From positions 3,264,001 to 3,328,000 of the forward strand of contig CAXXLQ010000004.1 in the NCBI GenBank assembly GCA_963668695.2: 64,000 nucleotides of DNA, read 5' to 3'. Source of the stretch: Vicinamibacteria bacterium. Lineage in GTDB: Bacteria; Acidobacteriota; Vicinamibacteria; Marinacidobacterales; Marinacidobacteraceae. Both the position numbers and the translations under genes were made by a program. Below, piece after piece: positions 61,255-64,000 of this stretch. Below the pieces are notes generated by a model. The model saw only the letters and a list, made by a program, of their open reading frames with translations, searched no databases and was not told the origin of the DNA. The stretch's first letter is position 1; every line of letters starts with the position of its first letter.

Positions 61255-62148
61255 TCAGGGCCTGGAGGTGTACCCCTCCCGGGCGCGCACCCGGACCCGG
61301 GGCCGGGTCACCCGGACCTCGATCGGCACGAATCCCTGCCGCCCGGAGCTGGGAGTGAAGGCGAGCACGTAACGCACGCGGAGATCCCGCAGGATCTCCT
61401 CGAAGGCTCCCTGGAGGTCGTCGTCGGACCGAATGGTGACCGTGCGTCCACCGGTCATCCCGACCAGGTCCTCCAGCAGATCGACTCCTTCGCGGTCCGG
61501 ACGGAGGACCCGGGACGGCCGGGGCGCCGGCGCCAGAATCGAATACAGCAGGACATCGGATGCCCGGACGGCGCGGCGGATGTGGGTCTCGCGGGCCCAG
61601 CTCAGGTTGTCGAGGGCGTCGGAGAAGAGGAGCAGCACCGGACGGCCGCTCCCCCGGTGGAGCGCCGCCAGCGAAAGCGCGACCCCGTCCCAGAGCGCCG
61701 TCGCTCCCCCGCCGCCGACCTGGAGGAGTCCTTCGCCCACGTCGGGGCCGCAGGGGCCGAACTCGCGGACCCAGCGCGCGCGGGTGGAGAAGGACACCAC
61801 CGCGCAGTCGTCACGCTCGTCGAGCGCCTCGGCGAACTGCCGCGCCCCGGCCGCGAGGCGGCGCCGGCGCTCGCCGGCGGTGCTGGCGCTCACGTCCATG
61901 GCGAAGAGGACCGCGAGCGTCAGGGAGTCCGGATCCAGCAAACGGAACTTCGTCTCCTCGCCGGCGACCCGCAGCCGGAAGTCCGCTTCCCGAAGGCCGC
62001 GCACCGGACCGTCCCGGCTCACGGAAACATCCACCAGCACGACGCGGGTCTCCACCCGGAATTGCCCAAAGGCCGCGGACCCGGCACCGCACAGGAAGAA
62101 AGAGACGAACAGACAAACCCCGGCGGGTCGGGACAACCGGGCCCCCAC
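61255..62148 (-). CDS. VWA domain protein (acidobacterial type)
   Basis: QFRVETRVVLVDVSV, DVSAST, TALWDG, TGGR, VRAREGY. Confidence 0.8.
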   Translation of the reverse strand: MGARLSRPAGVCLFVSFFLCGAGSAAFGQFRVETRVVLVDVSVSRDGPVRGLREADFRLRVAGEETKFRLLDPDSLTLAVLFAMDVSASTAGERRRRLAAGARQFAEALDERDDCAVVSFSTRARWVREFGPCGPDVGEGLLQVGGGGATALWDGVALSLAALHRGSGRPVLLLFSDALDNLSWARETHIRRAVRASDVLLYSILAPAPRPSRVLRPDREGVDLLEDLVGMTGGRTVTIRSDDDLQGAFEEILRDLRVRYVLAFTPSSGRQGFVPIEVRVTRPRVRVRAREGYTSRP

Positions 62149-62171
62149 CGGACCGTTCCCGCGTCGAACGT

Positions 62172-63281
62172 TCAAACCGCGACCAGCTTCCGGAGCCAGA
62201 ACTGCTCGGGCTCGCGGGGCTGGGCCCAGGTAATCAGGAAATCGGACCAGGGGCGAGTTCCGCCCCGCAGGCGGAGTTGTTCGGTGGCCAGCGCCGCTGC
62301 TTCGTCCCACTGTCCGCGGGCCTCGAGGGCGGCCACCAGCGCCGCTACCACGGCGTGCGAATCCGGGGCCAGGTCGGCCGCTTCGCGGAAGTTCGCGACC
62401 GCCTGCGGCAGCCGATCCCGGGCAAACGAGGTCTCGCCGAGCAGCATCAGGCGCGGCACCCGGAGCAGGGCCGCAGGTTCGTCCCTGACCTCACGGAGCC
62501 GATCGTGCGCCCGCCCCTCCCGGCCCTGCCCGAGCGCCACGAGCGCCAGGCGGAGATTCAGATCGTCCGGGTCGCCCATCGCCCGGGCCACCGTGCGCGA
62601 CGAGTTCAAAGCGATCTCGGGCGTCACGAACTGCCTCGAATCCGCCTCCCGAAACAGCTTCCGGACATCCGGCCAGAGTTCCTTTTCCCGTACGTAGCGG
62701 GCGCGCACCGCCCATACGGCGGCGAGTTGCCAGGCGAGAGGCGGGTCCCGCTGTGGATCGGCTTCTTCCAGGACGCGGCTCGCGGCCCACAGATCCATCC
62801 GCGCCAGCCGGAGCCGGGCCGTCGAGAGCACCAACTCCCTCCACACCAGTTTGCGGAAGTCGGACGCTCCCTCCTCCCCCCAGGCCGTCAGCGCTTCCTC
62901 CCGGAGGTGATCCGGAATGCCGCGAACCCACTCCCGCGGAATCTGATTCACGGGCTCGCGAAACAGCCGGTGATCCGAGTTCGGGGTCCAGCCGAAATGG
63001 GCCACCGCTTCGGAGTGCACGAGCGCCGCGGCCAGCCGCCCCCGGAAGCCCTCGAGTACGTCCGACGGGGGCAGCGTGTCGATGAAACGGCGCTGCGCCT
63101 CCCTGAGTTCCATCACCCCCCGGCTCCCGGCGCGGCGGGCGATCTCGACGAACCGGCCCGCGCGGTAGAAACCGACGAGCTCCCCGTAGCCCTCGGGAGT
63201 GATCTCCTCCACCTCGACCTGGGTGACGCGCGCCGGCGAGAAGAACGCCCGGCGGCTCATCCGGCGCACCAGTGTGGTCAT
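62172..63281 (-). CDS. TPR-like protein
   Basis: Helical repeats; C-terminus resembles 51036-52037. Confidence 0.6.
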   Translation of the reverse strand: MTTLVRRMSRRAFFSPARVTQVEVEEITPEGYGELVGFYRAGRFVEIARRAGSRGVMELREAQRRFIDTLPPSDVLEGFRGRLAAALVHSEAVAHFGWTPNSDHRLFREPVNQIPREWVRGIPDHLREEALTAWGEEGASDFRKLVWRELVLSTARLRLARMDLWAASRVLEEADPQRDPPLAWQLAAVWAVRARYVREKELWPDVRKLFREADSRQFVTPEIALNSSRTVARAMGDPDDLNLRLALVALGQGREGRAHDRLREVRDEPAALLRVPRLMLLGETSFARDRLPQAVANFREAADLAPDSHAVVAALVAALEARGQWDEAAALATEQLRLRGGTRPWSDFLITWAQPREPEQFWLRKLVAV

Positions 63282-63401
63282 GCGTTCCGGGTCCCGAACT
63301 CCATCCGCAAGAGTACCGCGTGCAACCGTTATGCCGTGAGTGAGGTGGCATCACCAGGCAACACCACGCCCACCGAGACCGAAGCGCACACAATTGCACG
63401 G

Positions 63402-64000
63402 ATGCTTCTTCCGACCCGCCGCGAATTCCTGGCCCGCACGGCTCCCGCCGCCGCCCTCTGGCCCGCTCTCCTGCGGGCTCGCACTTCCCAAGCCCTTCCG
63501 GACGGGGTGCAGAGCGAACGCATCGCGAGCCGTATGGAAGCCGTTTCCCGGTTCGGCGCGACCCCGGAAGGGGGTGCCTCCCGCACCGCGGGGAGCGACG
63601 CCGACCTCGCAACCCGGGACCGTTTCAGCAGCTGGCTCCGGGAATCCGGGCTCGAGGTGCGCACCGACCTCGCGGGAAACCTCATCGGCCGCCTGTCCGG
63701 AGCCGATCCCTCGCTGCCTCCCCTCCTCACGGGTTCCCACCTTGATTCCGTCCCGGAAGGCGGAAACTTCGACGGGGTGGTCGGCTCGGTCGGGGCCCTC
63801 GAAGCCGCGACCGCCATCGCCACCTCGGGCGCCCCGCTCCGGCATCCCCTCGAAGTGGCGGTGTTCTTCAACGAAGAAAACGGGAAGACCGGCAGCCGGG
63901 CCCTGGCCGGTGAAGTCACGCCGGAGGAAATGGACCAGCCGGTGTACGGAGGACTCACCCTCGGCGAGGCGCTCGCCCGGGTAGGCGGATCGCCGGAGCG
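63402..64000 (+). CDS. M20 Zn-dependent amidohydrolase (allantoate/N-carbamoyl type) with Tat signal, truncated by the window end
   Basis: TRREFL, DLAGNLIGR, GSHLDSVPEGGNFDGVVG, NEE. Confidence 0.85.
   Translation, partial: MLLPTRREFLARTAPAAALWPALLRARTSQALPDGVQSERIASRMEAVSRFGATPEGGASRTAGSDADLATRDRFSSWLRESGLEVRTDLAGNLIGRLSGADPSLPPLLTGSHLDSVPEGGNFDGVVGSVGALEAATAIATSGAPLRHPLEVAVFFNEENGKTGSRALAGEVTPEEMDQPVYGGLTLGEALARVGGSPE

Overview
GC-rich bacterial window, probably Acidobacteriota. That is inferred from an ADOP-type permease and VWA/TPR gene pairs; the tandem ankyrin genes suggest a host-associated lifestyle. It is rich in defence genes and repeats: hicB with a disrupted hicA, a Phd/PIN toxin-antitoxin pair, a complete type I-E CRISPR-Cas operon with 45 intact repeats plus 1 degenerate repeat and an adjacent DEDDh exonuclease, Uma2 and NYN nucleases, McrBC, IS256, two divergent IS3 half-genes and a tRNA(CAT) 3' half. 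These sit among ordinary metabolic and envelope genes. The most unusual signals are non-coding. (1) A 17-19 nt oligonucleotide, (C)CAGTTCTCCCGGTGGGG(G), is inserted about 25 times in both orientations, at different positions inside copies of a TA-targeting MITE and also outside it. (2) A 1.35 kb array of about 50 CAGCGTGGAGTT units lies between an IS256 end and an RHH-rmuC unit. (3) The CRISPR array has truncated leader-proximal spacers and a repeat variant linked to abnormal spacer length. All calls were made by eye from motifs; no database searches were run, and counts were done by hand.
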